Of a stretch of 64,000 bases of DNA, positions 27,648 through 38,986 are shown one piece after another. Below the pieces are notes generated by a model. That model was given only the letters and a program-made list of their open reading frames with translations. It was not told the DNA's origin and did not search any database. Source of the DNA: a virus; the IMG/VR virus record IMGVR_UViG_3300042691_019380, positions 1 through 64,000 of that record; one strand, given 5' to 3'. Numbering within the stretch: the stretch's first letter is position 1; every line of letters begins with the position of its first letter. The translations under genes and the position numbers were made by a program.

Positions 27648-29256
27648 AGCCGGAAAGACGTTCGAGCGCGGTGATGTGCCGGTCGCGGAGAATGAACCAA
27701 CGGGACGACCCTCCGTCGAAACGCTTCGTCTGGCTCTCAAAATTGCGTTCTGAGACCGCTTCGAGGATCATGGCCTTCAGGATGGTGCAGACCTTCTTGC
27801 GGGGCTGTGGGAGGCCCCTCTTTCGCCACGCGGCGTACACCGTCTCATTCCATTTCAGCCAGAGCCCCCATGTACCGTCTTTGTCCTGAATCCACTTCGG
27901 CAGGCCGGAGTGGTTGGGGAGACGCTCGCTCTCGCTTTCGCTTCCCTCGGTCTTCGAGAAGCCAAACGTGAGGTACGAGTGCAGGATCGAGGCGTAGTTC
28001 ACGCTCTCGTTGGCCTCGATCGATGGAATCTCGTGATCCGCGTCGTCGAAGAGTTTGCACTTCAGGCCGCGAATCGACCGCCAGCCGCCTTCCTCGTTTC
28101 GGAAGTTCTCGCCGTCCCAGATTTTGGTCCAGCGGGCAGGGTTCGGATCGAGAACGTCGACGCTCTTGGTCGCTGACAGAATCGCCTCGGCGACGTCGCG
28201 AGACCTCGTGATCTCCCCGGCGTCGAGAAGTACCGTCACGCTCCGCTTTGGGTCTTTCGGAGACGGGACATGGAGTTTGTACTCTGCCGGATCGCTCTCG
28301 ACGATGGTCAGCCGCCACGATCCTGGCTCCCAGCACCCCTCATCAGCGTTCCAGGCGAGCCCGTACCGCTCGAACGGCTTCGCGGCCTTTCGCTCGACTT
28401 GCTTCTGCTGGTAGTGGAGAAACTGGTCTTTGGCGATCTTCACGACCTCGCTTTGAGACTTGGGGGGAGTGCAATAACGAATGTTCACTCCCTCCATGAT
28501 CTCGGCGACCATCTTGAGGTTGGCTGACGTGTAGTCGCCAACTCGCTGCGACAGCCAACTCGCTGCGCCGACGAGAAAAGCATGCCGACCTCCCTCTTTG
28601 ACAGACTCGCCGTTAATGATGGTCTCGCGAGCCTGCGCGACGGCCCCCGACCCTCGCCGTTTCGACGAGTCGAGGATCGCGGCCAGGAATGCGTCTGGCA
28701 GAATTGCCGGATCGCAGTCCTCGGGAGACTTGCCAGGAAGCCACTTGTACTGGACTCCAGACTTATGCCACGACGGCGGGATCACCGACTGACTGGCAGC
28801 GTCTCCGCCACCGATGCGGACTTCGAGCCCGCCGACTTTGACCACGCCAGCGTCGGGAAGTCCGGGCGAGTACTGGAAAATCCGGTGTTCGCCTCTCCCG
28901 CTCGTGTAGGTCGGCGTGTCGATCGCGTGCAGGCCGTACTCTTTGAGGACGATCTCGGCCTCTGGAGAGTCGAACTCGACGTCGATCACGCCCGACGATG
29001 CCCCGAGACGGACTCCGAAGTTCGATCGAGTGTGTTCCTCGACGTCTTCGAGCCATGTCCAGATTTGAGACTCGTCGTCTGTGGCTCGCTCCGGCCACCC
29101 AGCACCACCGTGCGGGTGCTTCCCAGGCGTCGGGCAGTCGTGCCTGCCGCACGTGCAGGCTAGGTTGTCCTTGACTCCCCAGAGCCTGACGATCTTCCAA
29201 CCCTTGGAAGCCAAGGCGGCGACTTCCTGAAACATACGATCGGCGTTGTAGTCCAC
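27640..29256 (-). CDS. Bifunctional primase-polymerase (Prim-Pol)
   Basis: CTCG..DC.TPGKHP, ATDD..I..W, NFGV..G, DVE.D, SGRG.H, V.PPS.H.SG..Y.W, EGGR. Confidence 0.88.
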   Translation of the reverse strand: MDYNADRMFQEVAALASKGWKIVRLWGVKDNLACTCGRHDCPTPGKHPHGGAGWPERATDDESQIWTWLEDVEEHTRSNFGVRLGASSGVIDVEFDSPEAEIVLKEYGLHAIDTPTYTSGRGEHRIFQYSPGLPDAGVVKVGGLEVRIGGGDAASQSVIPPSWHKSGVQYKWLPGKSPEDCDPAILPDAFLAAILDSSKRRGSGAVAQARETIINGESVKEGGRHAFLVGAASWLSQRVGDYTSANLKMVAEIMEGVNIRYCTPPKSQSEVVKIAKDQFLHYQQKQVERKAAKPFERYGLAWNADEGCWEPGSWRLTIVESDPAEYKLHVPSPKDPKRSVTVLLDAGEITRSRDVAEAILSATKSVDVLDPNPARWTKIWDGENFRNEEGGWRSIRGLKCKLFDDADHEIPSIEANESVNYASILHSYLTFGFSKTEGSESESERLPNHSGLPKWIQDKDGTWGLWLKWNETVYAAWRKRGLPQPRKKVCTILKAMILEAVSERNFESQTKRFDGGSSRWFILRDRHITALERLSGSI

Positions 29257-29308
29257 GATGCGATCCTCCGTGAATGAAGTGGGTGAGATGAAGAGACGAA
29301 AAAGCGGC

Positions 29309-29349
29309 GCCCCTCGCCGTGTCGCAGCAGACGAAGCACGGCGAGGGGC
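29309..29349 (-). terminator. Hairpin or terminator downstream of the SSB-like gene
   Basis: 13-bp stem GCCCCTCGCCGTG/CACGGCGAGGGGC with a T-run shortly after on the minus strand. Confidence 0.5.
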
Positions 29350-29385
29350 TTGCAGGGGAAAGGAGAAAAACCCTGCTGCCGCAGA

Positions 29386-30192
29386 TCAGAACGGCACGGA
29401 GTCAGCGTCGACCGTCGACTCGCTGCTCGACCGAGACCGAGACACGCGATCTTCGATCGGCGGGCACACGATGTTGGTCATCGTGTCCGTGAACCGAGAC
29501 TTCGCGAGCAGTCCGGTCTGCTCGTCGACCGACCCGACGGTCTTCGTGACGAGAACCGCGTAGTCGGCCCGCTGGCCCTTCCGCTTCTCAAGAGTCAGTT
29601 CCACGATCGAACGGAAGTGAAACAAACCCTCTGCCGTGATGCCTCGCAGGAGATCGTCGACGGCACGCAGGCTCGTCGACGGCACTCGCACGAACACCGG
29701 CTGGTTGTCCTCCTCGCGGAGAACACCAAGGACGCGGCTCGACTTCGCGCGAGGCGGCTTCGAGCCAGGACCGCTACCTTCCCACTGGAAGTAGCGAATC
29801 TTCCGGCAGTCATACGTGCCGTCGTCACGCTTCGCCGCCTCGATGTGGTTGGCATCGAGGTCGCCGTAGTCGCTGCCCACCTTGTAGGCAGTGACTCCGT
29901 CCGCCGAGAGCATCAGCGGCCTGCTTCCTGGGGTCGAGTCCTTGTGCGGCCACAGGATATGCTCCGGACGGGTCACGACCACGAGCAAGCCCGCGATCGC
30001 CTTCTCGCTGAACTCGGCACCAGCCTTGTTCGACCACGACCATCGAGTCGCGCCGCCGGTTGGGATTTTCACCCAGGTCAGGTCGCTGCTGCGAAGAGCC
30101 GCGCCGCCCAGGTTGGCTTCGAGAAGAGCCGCCGCAGAGTTGCCCTCTTCGAGGGCACGGAAAGAACCAACAACCGCCAAATCGTTGCTCAT
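29386..30192 (-). CDS. Putative ssDNA-binding protein
   Basis: VKIPTGG, P....VPSTSLR, acidic DSVPF tail; next to a RecE-like nuclease. Confidence 0.6.
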   Translation of the reverse strand: MSNDLAVVGSFRALEEGNSAAALLEANLGGAALRSSDLTWVKIPTGGATRWSWSNKAGAEFSEKAIAGLLVVVTRPEHILWPHKDSTPGSRPLMLSADGVTAYKVGSDYGDLDANHIEAAKRDDGTYDCRKIRYFQWEGSGPGSKPPRAKSSRVLGVLREEDNQPVFVRVPSTSLRAVDDLLRGITAEGLFHFRSIVELTLEKRKGQRADYAVLVTKTVGSVDEQTGLLAKSRFTDTMTNIVCPPIEDRVSRSRSSSESTVDADSVPF

Positions 30193-30228
30193 GTTTGAGC
30201 CTCCTTGTGGGAATCGTATCCAGACAAA

Positions 30229-31080
30229 CTAAAACACCAACTCTTGCACGGAGTGATAAGAAGCGGGCACGTACAGGCCCGTCTCTCGTCGAGTGCGAAC
30301 CGCGTCCAGGGTTCGCTTGATCTCGTCAGCGGCGCGTGCCAGGACGTCGCCTGGGAGAGTCACGACCCTGACGTTGAACGGCGCGAACGTCTGCACGACG
30401 ATGAACTTGAAGTCGAACGGCTCGAAGCCAGCCATGCGGCTAGCGTCGGCGTACCAGACTGCCTGCCAGTCGTAGCCAAACCGACGGAACGAGTACTTCA
30501 AGTCTCGCCACTCGCTGCTCGTAGTCTTGAGGTCGAACCACTCCCGCTTCGTGACTCCGTCAGCGCGGGCCTTGCGTGCGTGACCGTCTTCGTCGGTCCA
30601 GAACACGCTGTACTGCGAGTGCGTCGCCGCCTCGACGAGAGACCGAGCCGCGTCATGCTCGCGGATCGAGGCGATGATGTCCCTGACTTTCGCGAAGTCC
30701 ACTGCGTTGCATTCGCAGAACCCGTAGGGCAGGGTGGCTTTCCACTCTTGATACGCCTTGCCGCGACGGGAGCCGTCTGACGCCAGGACTCCTTCCGGCG
30801 GAACGGCGATCTGCGACCGCCAGTCCACGCCGCGAATCTCCGCACCGCACGCGACGTCGACGAGAGTGCCGAATCCCGTGGCTGCGTTGCCGCCGAAGAG
30901 AGTTCCGCCCTGCTCGGCGTATTGCTGGGCTCGACCACCCTCGTTCTCGTCGGCGTACCTGTGGGCCGTCGAACGACTGATGTGGTTCTTCTCGCCGTGG
31001 TAGACCTCGTTCGGCATGTCCATGTCGATGAACGGGCCGTTTTTCGTGTCGATAGAAAGCGTGTCCGTACTAATAGTCAT
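30229..31080 (-). CDS. RecE/ExoVIII-like PD-(D/E)XK nuclease (DUF3799-like)
   Basis: N..YH..ISRS, KARADG, DLKTT, GY..QA.WY, F.FIVV. Confidence 0.88.
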   Translation of the reverse strand: MTISTDTLSIDTKNGPFIDMDMPNEVYHGEKNHISRSTAHRYADENEGGRAQQYAEQGGTLFGGNAATGFGTLVDVACGAEIRGVDWRSQIAVPPEGVLASDGSRRGKAYQEWKATLPYGFCECNAVDFAKVRDIIASIREHDAARSLVEAATHSQYSVFWTDEDGHARKARADGVTKREWFDLKTTSSEWRDLKYSFRRFGYDWQAVWYADASRMAGFEPFDFKFIVVQTFAPFNVRVVTLPGDVLARAADEIKRTLDAVRTRRETGLYVPASYHSVQELVF

Positions 31081-32438
31081 GCAAGCACCCTCCTTGTGAG
31101 CCGAGAGTAAACCGCCTCGGCGACGTCCTTCTTCTCCTGCAATGCCCGGTAGATCGACTCGTCAACCGTACCTTCGGCGACGAGGTGATAAAACCGGCAT
31201 GGCCTCGTTTGTCCTGGCCGTCGAATCCTCGCCAGCGACTGCTCGAAGTCTCCGAGCGAGTGCGAGAGCGAGTAGTACAGGCAATAGCACGCCCTCGTCA
31301 TGTCGACGCCGACGCCGCCAGCCTGCTGCTGCACGACCAGTGCAGTTGTATCGCCACGCTGCCATTGGTCAAGCGATTTTTCTCGGCCCGAAAGTTCCGA
31401 CGATGTTCTGCCAAGTTCGCGGAGAACATCGCGGCACGTGTCGAGGTCCGAGATAAACTTGCAGAAGATCACGACGGGCTCGTTCGCGGGCAGGCACTCC
31501 AGCCACTCGCGCAGCGCGTCTCGCTTGGGGTTCTTTGCAGAGACTGGCACGAGCAGTCCTTCGCTTGTCATGGCGAAGCCCGACGTCGCCTGCTGGAGTT
31601 TGCCGACGACGACAAGTTTGTTTGCCGCCGTGACCGTCTCGCCCGTTTCGAGGGTGGCGACCATGTCGTCCTCGATAGACTCGTAGTATTTTTTCGCATC
31701 AGGGGGCAGCGTGACGGTGATGTCCGTGTGAATCGAGTCTGGCAAGGTCAAGACTTGATCGGCCGTAACTCTGTAGACATGCGGGTCAAGTCTCTTGCTC
31801 AGGGCCTGGATAGCCTCGGGCTTGAAGTCAATCACCCAGGCCGGGTGCCTGGGGTGCGTGTTCGCGATTCGCGAACGAAAAGCCGTGTACGAGCCGCCGA
31901 GAACCTCGGGGTCCAAGAATCGAAACTGAGCCCACCAGTCCAGGGGCGAGTTGGGGCACGGTGTTCCGGACATGCAGATTCGCTTGGCAGACTTGTGCTT
32001 GGCCGCAAGTTTCGCCAGCCACCGGGACCGCTTCCCAGACGGGCTCTTCACGAGGTGGGATTCGTCTAGAACGATGGCGTCCCACTGGACTTTCTCGATC
32101 TGCTTGCCGAGTTCGCCACGCCAGACTCCGTCGTAGTTGGCGATCACGACGAACCGATTGTCGCGGCTCGCCGTCTTTGCGACGGCCGCAGCCCGCGACT
32201 TCGACGAGCCGCTAACAACGAGGCACGTCTCGCGATTCGAGTCCCACAGGCCGACTTGCTTAATCCAGGCTGGCCCGACGGCGATCGGGCAGCACACCAG
32301 CACTCGCTGGCATGCACGCAGTGCCATTAGGCACGCGCCGGTCTTGCCGGTGCCCATATCGCCGTTGAGAAACGCCGCGCTCCGTCTTGCGATCCAGTCA
32401 GCCTCGTCGACCTGATGCGGCCATGCTTCAGGGGGCAT
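31077..32438 (-). CDS. SNF2-family helicase
   Basis: DMGTGKT, DESH, SGTP, GGVGVDM, QS..RI.R.GQ. Confidence 0.93.
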   Translation of the reverse strand: MPPEAWPHQVDEADWIARRSAAFLNGDMGTGKTGACLMALRACQRVLVCCPIAVGPAWIKQVGLWDSNRETCLVVSGSSKSRAAAVAKTASRDNRFVVIANYDGVWRGELGKQIEKVQWDAIVLDESHLVKSPSGKRSRWLAKLAAKHKSAKRICMSGTPCPNSPLDWWAQFRFLDPEVLGGSYTAFRSRIANTHPRHPAWVIDFKPEAIQALSKRLDPHVYRVTADQVLTLPDSIHTDITVTLPPDAKKYYESIEDDMVATLETGETVTAANKLVVVGKLQQATSGFAMTSEGLLVPVSAKNPKRDALREWLECLPANEPVVIFCKFISDLDTCRDVLRELGRTSSELSGREKSLDQWQRGDTTALVVQQQAGGVGVDMTRACYCLYYSLSHSLGDFEQSLARIRRPGQTRPCRFYHLVAEGTVDESIYRALQEKKDVAEAVYSRLTRRVLA

Positions 32439-32763
32439 CGTCTTCTTCCTCCCAGTAGGTTTCGATGCTCAGTTCCTCATGCTCGCATCGAATGAAGTCC
32501 TTGTCGGCCCCAATCGCGGCGTAGCACTCAGCCGCGTCTTGCCACGAGGCTACAGCCATCACGCCGAGACCGGCCCTGCGGTAGTGTTTGGCAGACCGCT
32601 CGTACTTCAGAGCCGCTCGTCGATACTGACGGCAGTGCTGTGGCGTGAGGGGCTCGCCGAGACCCTCGATCTCGTCGGCGGCAGCCGCGATGCAGCGGTC
32701 TGCCGTCTCGATCCACATTTGCCGATTCTTGGCGAACGGCCAGGAGAACTTGCCCTTTTCCAT
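32428..32763 (-). CDS. Hypothetical helical protein
   Basis: Overlap-coupled ORF. Confidence 0.55.
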   Translation of the reverse strand: MEKGKFSWPFAKNRQMWIETADRCIAAAADEIEGLGEPLTPQHCRQYRRAALKYERSAKHYRRAGLGVMAVASWQDAAECYAAIGADKDFIRCEHEELSIETYWEEEDDAP

Positions 32764-33353
32764 GCTAGTTCGCCTCCGGTTCTACGAGGTACAGATGCCG
32801 AGCAGCGGCTCGCCAGTCGATGCCGTCGAAAGCCTTCACGATTATTTCGTGAGCGAAGTTTGGAGCCCTGACCTTCATCATCGAGAGCAAGCACGACGCC
32901 TCGATAGACTTGGCGAGGAACTCCTCGCGGTCCTTCGCTGTCATGCCCTCTTCTTTGGCCCGTTCGAGGAACTTCTCCGCTTGCTTGGTGAACTCTTCTT
33001 GCTTGCGGAACTCGTCGACGATGATCTGAGTGTTCTGGTTGAGCATTCTGAGCGTCCTTTCTTCTTCCGTTTCTTTCCGAGAATCTTGTAGGGCCTCGGA
33101 ACCAACCCTGCGAGGCTCTTCCGTCGCCCCGCGATATGGAGAACTGCGTACTGACCGTCTCGATCCAGAGCGTTGATCCATTCGCACGCCCCCCGCTTCG
33201 TATGCGAGTGAAACGTGTACGGGCCCTTAGCCTTCATCGCGACTTTCTCGCCGTTTGGGCCTTTCCAGTACGGCCCGCCCGACGCCCGAAACGTATCGCC
33301 GCGAGCCAGTTCCACTCGCTCGCTGACGCGATACGTTTCGGAGACGACAACAT

Positions 33354-33707
33354 TCATGCGGCCTGCTCCTTGATCTGGATGTAGAGATATTCCGGCGCTT
33401 TCGCGAAGTACTTGAAGAGCGCCGGGCAGAGCCATCCATGGACTCCACCCAGGTCATCGCACGCATACCAGTTGCCGCCGTACTCCGGCCCGACGAGCCG
33501 GAACGACGTCTGATGTCCTGGGAACTTCTCGTCCGAGAACACCAGCGTGAACTTCTCCGAGCAGCCTGGAATCTGCGACGCCAGAGTGCCCAGCACCGAA
33601 TCAGCACCGGCGACGAACGGTTCCTTGACGAGCCCCACGGCGGGGTCGTCGAACACGAGCGAGCCGTTGTCCCAGTACGGGTGAATCACGCGAATCGAGT
33701 TCTTCAT
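33354..33707 (-). CDS. DUF6717-like protein
   Basis: I.PY....VFDD...GL.KEPFVAGAD...FS...FPG...GWLCPAL.KYF. Confidence 0.75.
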   Translation of the reverse strand: MKNSIRVIHPYWDNGSLVFDDPAVGLVKEPFVAGADSVLGTLASQIPGCSEKFTLVFSDEKFPGHQTSFRLVGPEYGGNWYACDDLGGVHGWLCPALFKYFAKAPEYLYIQIKEQAA

Positions 33708-34105
33708 TCGTCTTCTCCTTGTGCTTGAAGAGCCTCCTCGAACACTTGCTCCGCCTTGTCGGCGTACCACTCGGCCACCTTCTGCTCGATGTAGCAGTAA
33801 ATGGCCGTCATGCCATGGTTCTCGCGAGGATTCGTCCCGATGCCGACGTTCTCGTACGCCTCCTCCAAGTCTCGTCCATGCAGATACCACGTGGCGTCGA
33901 TCTCAGCCGTGTGTATTGGCACGGCCGAGTCGATGATCGCGTGGACGTCCCCTGAATAGTCGAGGTCGTTGTGCAAGCACGGCAGATCGTCGGGCGAGTT
34001 GCGACGAACGTAAGACTTGAGCAAGTCTTGAACTTCGCTGATCGCCGCGTCGACTCGTTCTTGCAGGCTGTCTTCGATTTCGATGGTGATCTTGGTCATG
34101 GTCAT
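33704..34105 (-). CDS. Ocr-like acidic DNA-mimic (anti-restriction) candidate
   Basis: Strongly acidic; VHAIIDSAVPIHTAEI resembles T7 Ocr IH..AD.AVP.Y..DI. Confidence 0.55.
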   Translation of the reverse strand: MTMTKITIEIEDSLQERVDAAISEVQDLLKSYVRRNSPDDLPCLHNDLDYSGDVHAIIDSAVPIHTAEIDATWYLHGRDLEEAYENVGIGTNPRENHGMTAIYCYIEQKVAEWYADKAEQVFEEALQAQGEDE

Positions 34106-34440
34106 GCCTCCTTTTCTTAGTTAGATGAAACTCTTTCGCGAATCGCTCTGTCTGCGATATCAACGCCCGCTGTTGCGAAAATCGCGAGCGACAGAGCGGC
34201 AAAGTCTTGCGGTGTTCCGCCGTTTGCTCTTGCGATTGTCAGCGTTTTAATGCACTCGGATTGGATTTCCTTCTTGGTTGACTCGAACAGGGCATGGACA
34301 GAATCCACGAAGCGGGCTGCACTCTCTCCTTGGTAGCCCCTCGCCTTGAGTCGATGCACCGCTGACGTCATCAGAAGGCGAAGCAACTGATCTCCGTCGA
34401 TGTTGTAGGCGTAGTAATCCATAGATTCCTTTCTTGGGAT

Positions 34441-34908
34441 TCAAGCAGGCCACACGTACGGAAGATCAGACGGCTCGGACCATCCGAACCGCGAGTAATG
34501 CTCCGGCAGTTTCCGGAGAAGGTTGCTGCGATGGCTGGCGTGGAAGTCGGGCCTGCCCAGCCAGTCAGGAAGACCAGAGACGCTGCTCGGTGCGATGTCG
34601 CTATACGTGAGCCGAATCCACTCGCTGGCGTCGATGAACTGCTGCGTTAGCGTGTCCGTAAAACCACGGGCGCACCACTCGTCGCACACAGCGATCGCGT
34701 AGTGAGCCAGGGCTCGCTCGAAGCCGTACCACGCCTTGACGGCGGGGTGGTTCTTCCAGCGGCTGGCCGGATTGCCCTCGTGCTGCCCGACGGGAACACC
34801 GAGAGCGATCAGAATCTGCTTGGCTTCGACTCGCTGCTTCCCCAGGCGACGATTGTCGAGGACGCGAGCCGATTCGCGGAACGATGGTAAAGGTAAAAAC
34901 GTCTGCAT
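34441..34908 (-). CDS. Pyrimidine-dimer DNA glycosylase-like (MSMEG_6728-type)
   Basis: MQTFLP..F..SA..LD.RRLGKQRVE..QIL; HPAV; SHRSNLLRK; LPYVWP. Confidence 0.88.
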   Translation of the reverse strand: MQTFLPLPSFRESARVLDNRRLGKQRVEAKQILIALGVPVGQHEGNPASRWKNHPAVKAWYGFERALAHYAIAVCDEWCARGFTDTLTQQFIDASEWIRLTYSDIAPSSVSGLPDWLGRPDFHASHRSNLLRKLPEHYSRFGWSEPSDLPYVWPA

Positions 34909-36105
34909 CTGCTTCTCCTTGCGTGCGTATCCAGACAACTCAATCGTGCGAACTATTGCAGTCGCCAGCAGTTCCGTCAATGGGATATTTGGCGTATGAC
35001 AGAATCTTCCAAGCCTCGCTGGCAAGTCTCTCGTTTCGTTCGTGCATCTTCTGCCGTGTGTACGCGAAGCCGCTGTACTTGCCGCACTCGTCGCATCGCT
35101 CGACGCTCGCCTTTGCGTTGGCCGCAAGTTTGCGAGTCTTGAGTACGTACTGCCCAAGAGCCGTGCCGATGATTTCTGCATGCTCTGGCGTGAGCGAGAG
35201 CGTGATGGTTTCTGGCGTGTTCATGTCTCTTGCTTTCTTCACAGGGTCGCGATCGTGCGAGTCTTGATGTCTCTGACTTGCTGCACGAGTTTCTCTGCGT
35301 GCAGACGAATCCGACTCTCGATCGCCGCCACTGCTTCTTCTTGCGTCCGGTGCGCCGACTCAGCCGAACACAGTTCGCGAGTTGGACCGTACGAGAACCG
35401 AACGACGTTCTCTTCTGGGAGTAGGACCGTTGCCCTGCTCAGGTACGGCTGCGAGCCGGAAAAGTCGAAATACACTCCAGCGACGATGACCTCGTCGCCT
35501 GCCTGAAATCCGTTCATGGGCTTCTCTCCTGCTGTGGTTGGGTGCGAGTGATAGCGTGTCCGTACAAAATCTGTCAAGGGCTCGGTGCCGCTACGTCCGC
35601 TCTCCCGCTTGGAGTAGTGCTGCACCCGTTCGCGGGCTGCGGCGAGCGTGAGCGTTTCAGCATGCAGACGTTCCGTGCCTTCAGTGGCACTCCTCCTCCA
35701 GATTTCGTAGGCCACGACTCCGTCGTGGCCGCGAGCCTCGCGGATGGTGAATGTCACGTTGCTCATTCTTGGTCTCCACCGTTGATGTTCCGCCCGTTGC
35801 GGTCGATGACGTACCACTCTTGGCCCTGGTAGTGCTTCTCGGCGTATGCGTTCGCCGCATCGTCGTCGTCGGCTGCGAAAAACTCCAGCACGTCCCACTC
35901 GCCGTTGCTGTCTGCCAGGGCAACTCGATACTGCCGCTCTCCCTCGCTGCCGCAGCACGAACACCGAACGGCCATCCCACGCTGAACATGCGGATCGCTT
36001 GCGTCAATCGCAGGCGTGTCGCACTCGACGCAGTCGGGGCAATACGCAGAGCCGTCAAGCCAGTAATAGTCGCTCACGGGTGGTCTCCTTTCTTTCAAGT
36101 CTAGG

Positions 36106-36756
36106 TCAAGTCTGTGACGTCAGATGCTCGATGTCGCGGGCTTGTCGACGCAGTCGAGACTGCGTCGACGCCGAGAGTGCGTGGCATGTCGTGTACTGCT
36201 TAGAAACCGCGTCCCACACTCGCACGGTTCCGTCGCTGGAGATGGCGATCCGGTTCCACCGAATGCCATCTGCGTAGAACGCCCGGCACCGTGCCAAGAT
36301 CACGCGATCGGCGTGCGACTCGCGAGCCTCTCCGCTCGCGAGCAGTCTATCGACGGTGCCGTACTCGCTGCGAGCCCAGTGCGTGTTTCGGGAGCCTCCG
36401 CACTTGTACGGCTCGCGAATCTCGCACCACAGTCCGCCGAGAGTGTCGCCAGTGCCGAAGTCGATCCACCGCACGACGGCAGTCTTCTCTAATTTGCCCG
36501 ACGGGGTATAGCACGGCAGGCTGTCGATGAACGCCAGTTCGTCGGCGAGAGACTTGGTAGTCTCCTCGAACTCGACGATCGTCTCTGACTCAACTCGACG
36601 AATCGGCTGCTGACTCTCCGTGAGCCGAATCTTCCAGAGCCAGCGTCCGCCGTCCTTGCGGCGAGACACAACTTCGGCATTCACGTAGCGATCTCGCCAG
36701 AAGTGCGGGAACGTCGTGCCGATCTCGATCTTGGGTCGCTTGGTCTTCACTGGCAT
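36106..36756 (-). CDS. Hypothetical early protein
   Basis: SD-preceded start; G.VRVWDAV...YTTCHALS C-terminus. Confidence 0.55.
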   Translation of the reverse strand: MPVKTKRPKIEIGTTFPHFWRDRYVNAEVVSRRKDGGRWLWKIRLTESQQPIRRVESETIVEFEETTKSLADELAFIDSLPCYTPSGKLEKTAVVRWIDFGTGDTLGGLWCEIREPYKCGGSRNTHWARSEYGTVDRLLASGEARESHADRVILARCRAFYADGIRWNRIAISSDGTVRVWDAVSKQYTTCHALSASTQSRLRRQARDIEHLTSQT

Positions 36757-37383
36757 GTCTCCTTGAGGGTGATGGTGTCCGAACAAGTCTTGCAAGTCTC
36801 AGCGGCACTGCGAGATTGCCCGAGCGGCTTGCCCGACCCAGCCGAGCCCGTGCGAACCAACTCGAACCAGCGACGTGTCGCCGTCCCTTCCGACCGTCTC
36901 GACGTACCCGAGTTCGTAGCACTTGTACCACGTTCTGGAGGCGATCCCTTCCGGCCGCTTGCAGCAGTTGGTGCCGAGCCGCCTGCACTCCGCGTCGATC
37001 TTGCCGATCGCCGACAACTGAGCGTTGCTTGGCCTGCGGGTCTTTCTGTGTCGCATCGTCGTGTCTCCGGTGAGGTGTGGGATCGTGTCCGAACAGTCAG
37101 CGTGCCAGGAACTTCTCTGCAATGGCCTTCGCGGCGGCGAGGCTGCTCGCGGTGTCGATTTGCTTTGCGACTCCAGCCTCGTTTGCGATGACGCGGTAGA
37201 ACCGCCCCTTGCTCCATCCACGGAGGTTGTCGCCGGTTGTTCCGTAATCGCCGCACACAGAGACGCGACCGGAGGCGTGCCGGTACGAAGGGGCGACGCC
37301 CCACCGCTGCACCCACTCTCCGATCTTGATCCAAGTTGTCATCGTCGTCCCTTTCGTTTCCAGTCGTTCACTCTTCTACGACA

Positions 37384-37437
37384 AGTATCGGGGATGCCAG
37401 AAGTAAAGTCAAGGGAAATCTTTTGGCTATGACACAA
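37384..37437 (-). promoter_or_regulatory. Early sigma70-type promoter P1 (TTGACT-N17-GATACT) plus TTGTGTCATA box
   Basis: -10 37384-37389, -35 37407-37412, box 37428-37437. Confidence 0.85.
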
Positions 37438-38668
37438 GCGGGGAATGCCTACGACGCATCGTATGCGTCGACGACGTCCTGCACGGTCAACTTGCCCTTG
37501 GCGAGCAGATGCTTGACCGCGTACTCACAGATACAGCCGACCGAGACTCCGCACTCCTCGGCGGCTTCGGCGAGGGTCTGGGGTCCGCAACTATCGCGAG
37601 GGTCGAGTCTTGCGAAGACTTTATTCAAGTCTGCCGGGACGAATACAGCACTGCATCCGCTGCGGTACTCCGTGGTTTTCCGCACCTCTTCGACTCCGTC
37701 GATCACGCACTTCTGCTCGTAGTCGACGGCGTGAATCACGACGCCAGCCGCGAACTTTTTGATGCCACGCAGCCCGTACTTGCACCGCTTGTCGTGGTGC
37801 GGATTGGGAACGTCCTCTGTCAGAGTGAAGAACCGGCTCACGACGGCTTCGCGGGGCCCGATGGTGATGCTCATGGGTTTGGTGTCCTTTGGTCTTGATG
37901 GTGTCCGAACAAGTCTTGCAAGTCTCAGTTCCGCCACGTTCCGAACTTCTTGGCTGCCTGCTTCGCGCCCGACACGGTCTGGAACGAGCCAGAGAACTGG
38001 CGGACGCCGTCGCTGCTGATGAACGTGAGCCCGTAGGGCTTGCCGATTGTGTTCACGAACTCGATCACGAAGGCGCCGTCGCCAGCCCATTCAAACGGGC
38101 CGCAAGACGAGTAGACCGTCTCGCCGACCTTTCGGTGGCCCTTGCTGACTTCGTGCCGAGTCCACTTGATCGTGTTGGTCTTCACGGGATGTCTCCTTGG
38201 GTCTTGAGGGTGATGGCGTCCGAACAAGTCTCTTCAAGTCTCGTCGACGATCTCGATCGCGGCAGCGTACGCCGCCGGTCTGGCGTCCGAGTTGTCGCAC
38301 CTGTGCCCCCAGCGGTCGCGGCGGCTCAGGCCGGTGTTGGGGTGCAGGAGACGGTAGGCTTCGCGGCGAGCCGCCTCGGCGTCGGCGCGGAGCCCGACGG
38401 CATGGAGAGCGTGATAGCCGTAGTCGGGCCTCTCGCCTCCCCAGCCGATCGCCTTGGCCCGTATCGGGTCATCGGCGGCGTAGGCCGCACGCTCGCAGAC
38501 CACGACGGCCTTGGCCCGCTCCGCTCGCTTGCCTCCCAGCAGCACGACGCCGTCGCGGCTGGCTCCCAGGCCGCGAACCTCGACGAACGTCTTCGAGCCC
38601 TTCTTGATCTTCCGGGCCGTGACCGCCGGACTGAACTCGCCGATCAGCGGCTTGCCGTGTCCAAGAAT

Positions 38669-38777
38669 CATGTCTCGCTCCTTTGGTCTCAGGTGTCATT
38701 CATTCGTCTACGACAAGTATCGGGGATGCCAGGAGTGGTGTCAAGCGAAATCTTCGGTTTATGACACAACTCAAAAA
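38669..38777 (-). promoter_or_regulatory. Early promoter P2 with leader and RBS (TTGACA-N17-GATACT), near-identical to P3
   Basis: About 108-bp direct repeat with 38987-39095. Confidence 0.9.
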
Positions 38778-38986
38778 ACCACGAACTACCGGCTCCGGCT
38801 TCTCCAGGCGGCCCGCTTGGCGCCCTCCAGCGTGGCGTAGATTCCGACAACCTCTACGTGCCAGTCTGCGGTGCGGCAGCCGACTGAAAACCTGCGGTCT
38901 CCGATCTTGACGATCGAGTAGACGTCACCGCGAGGCGTGGTCGCGTCCAGGCGGCGATCGCTGACTTCCGTCCACTTGATCTTGGT

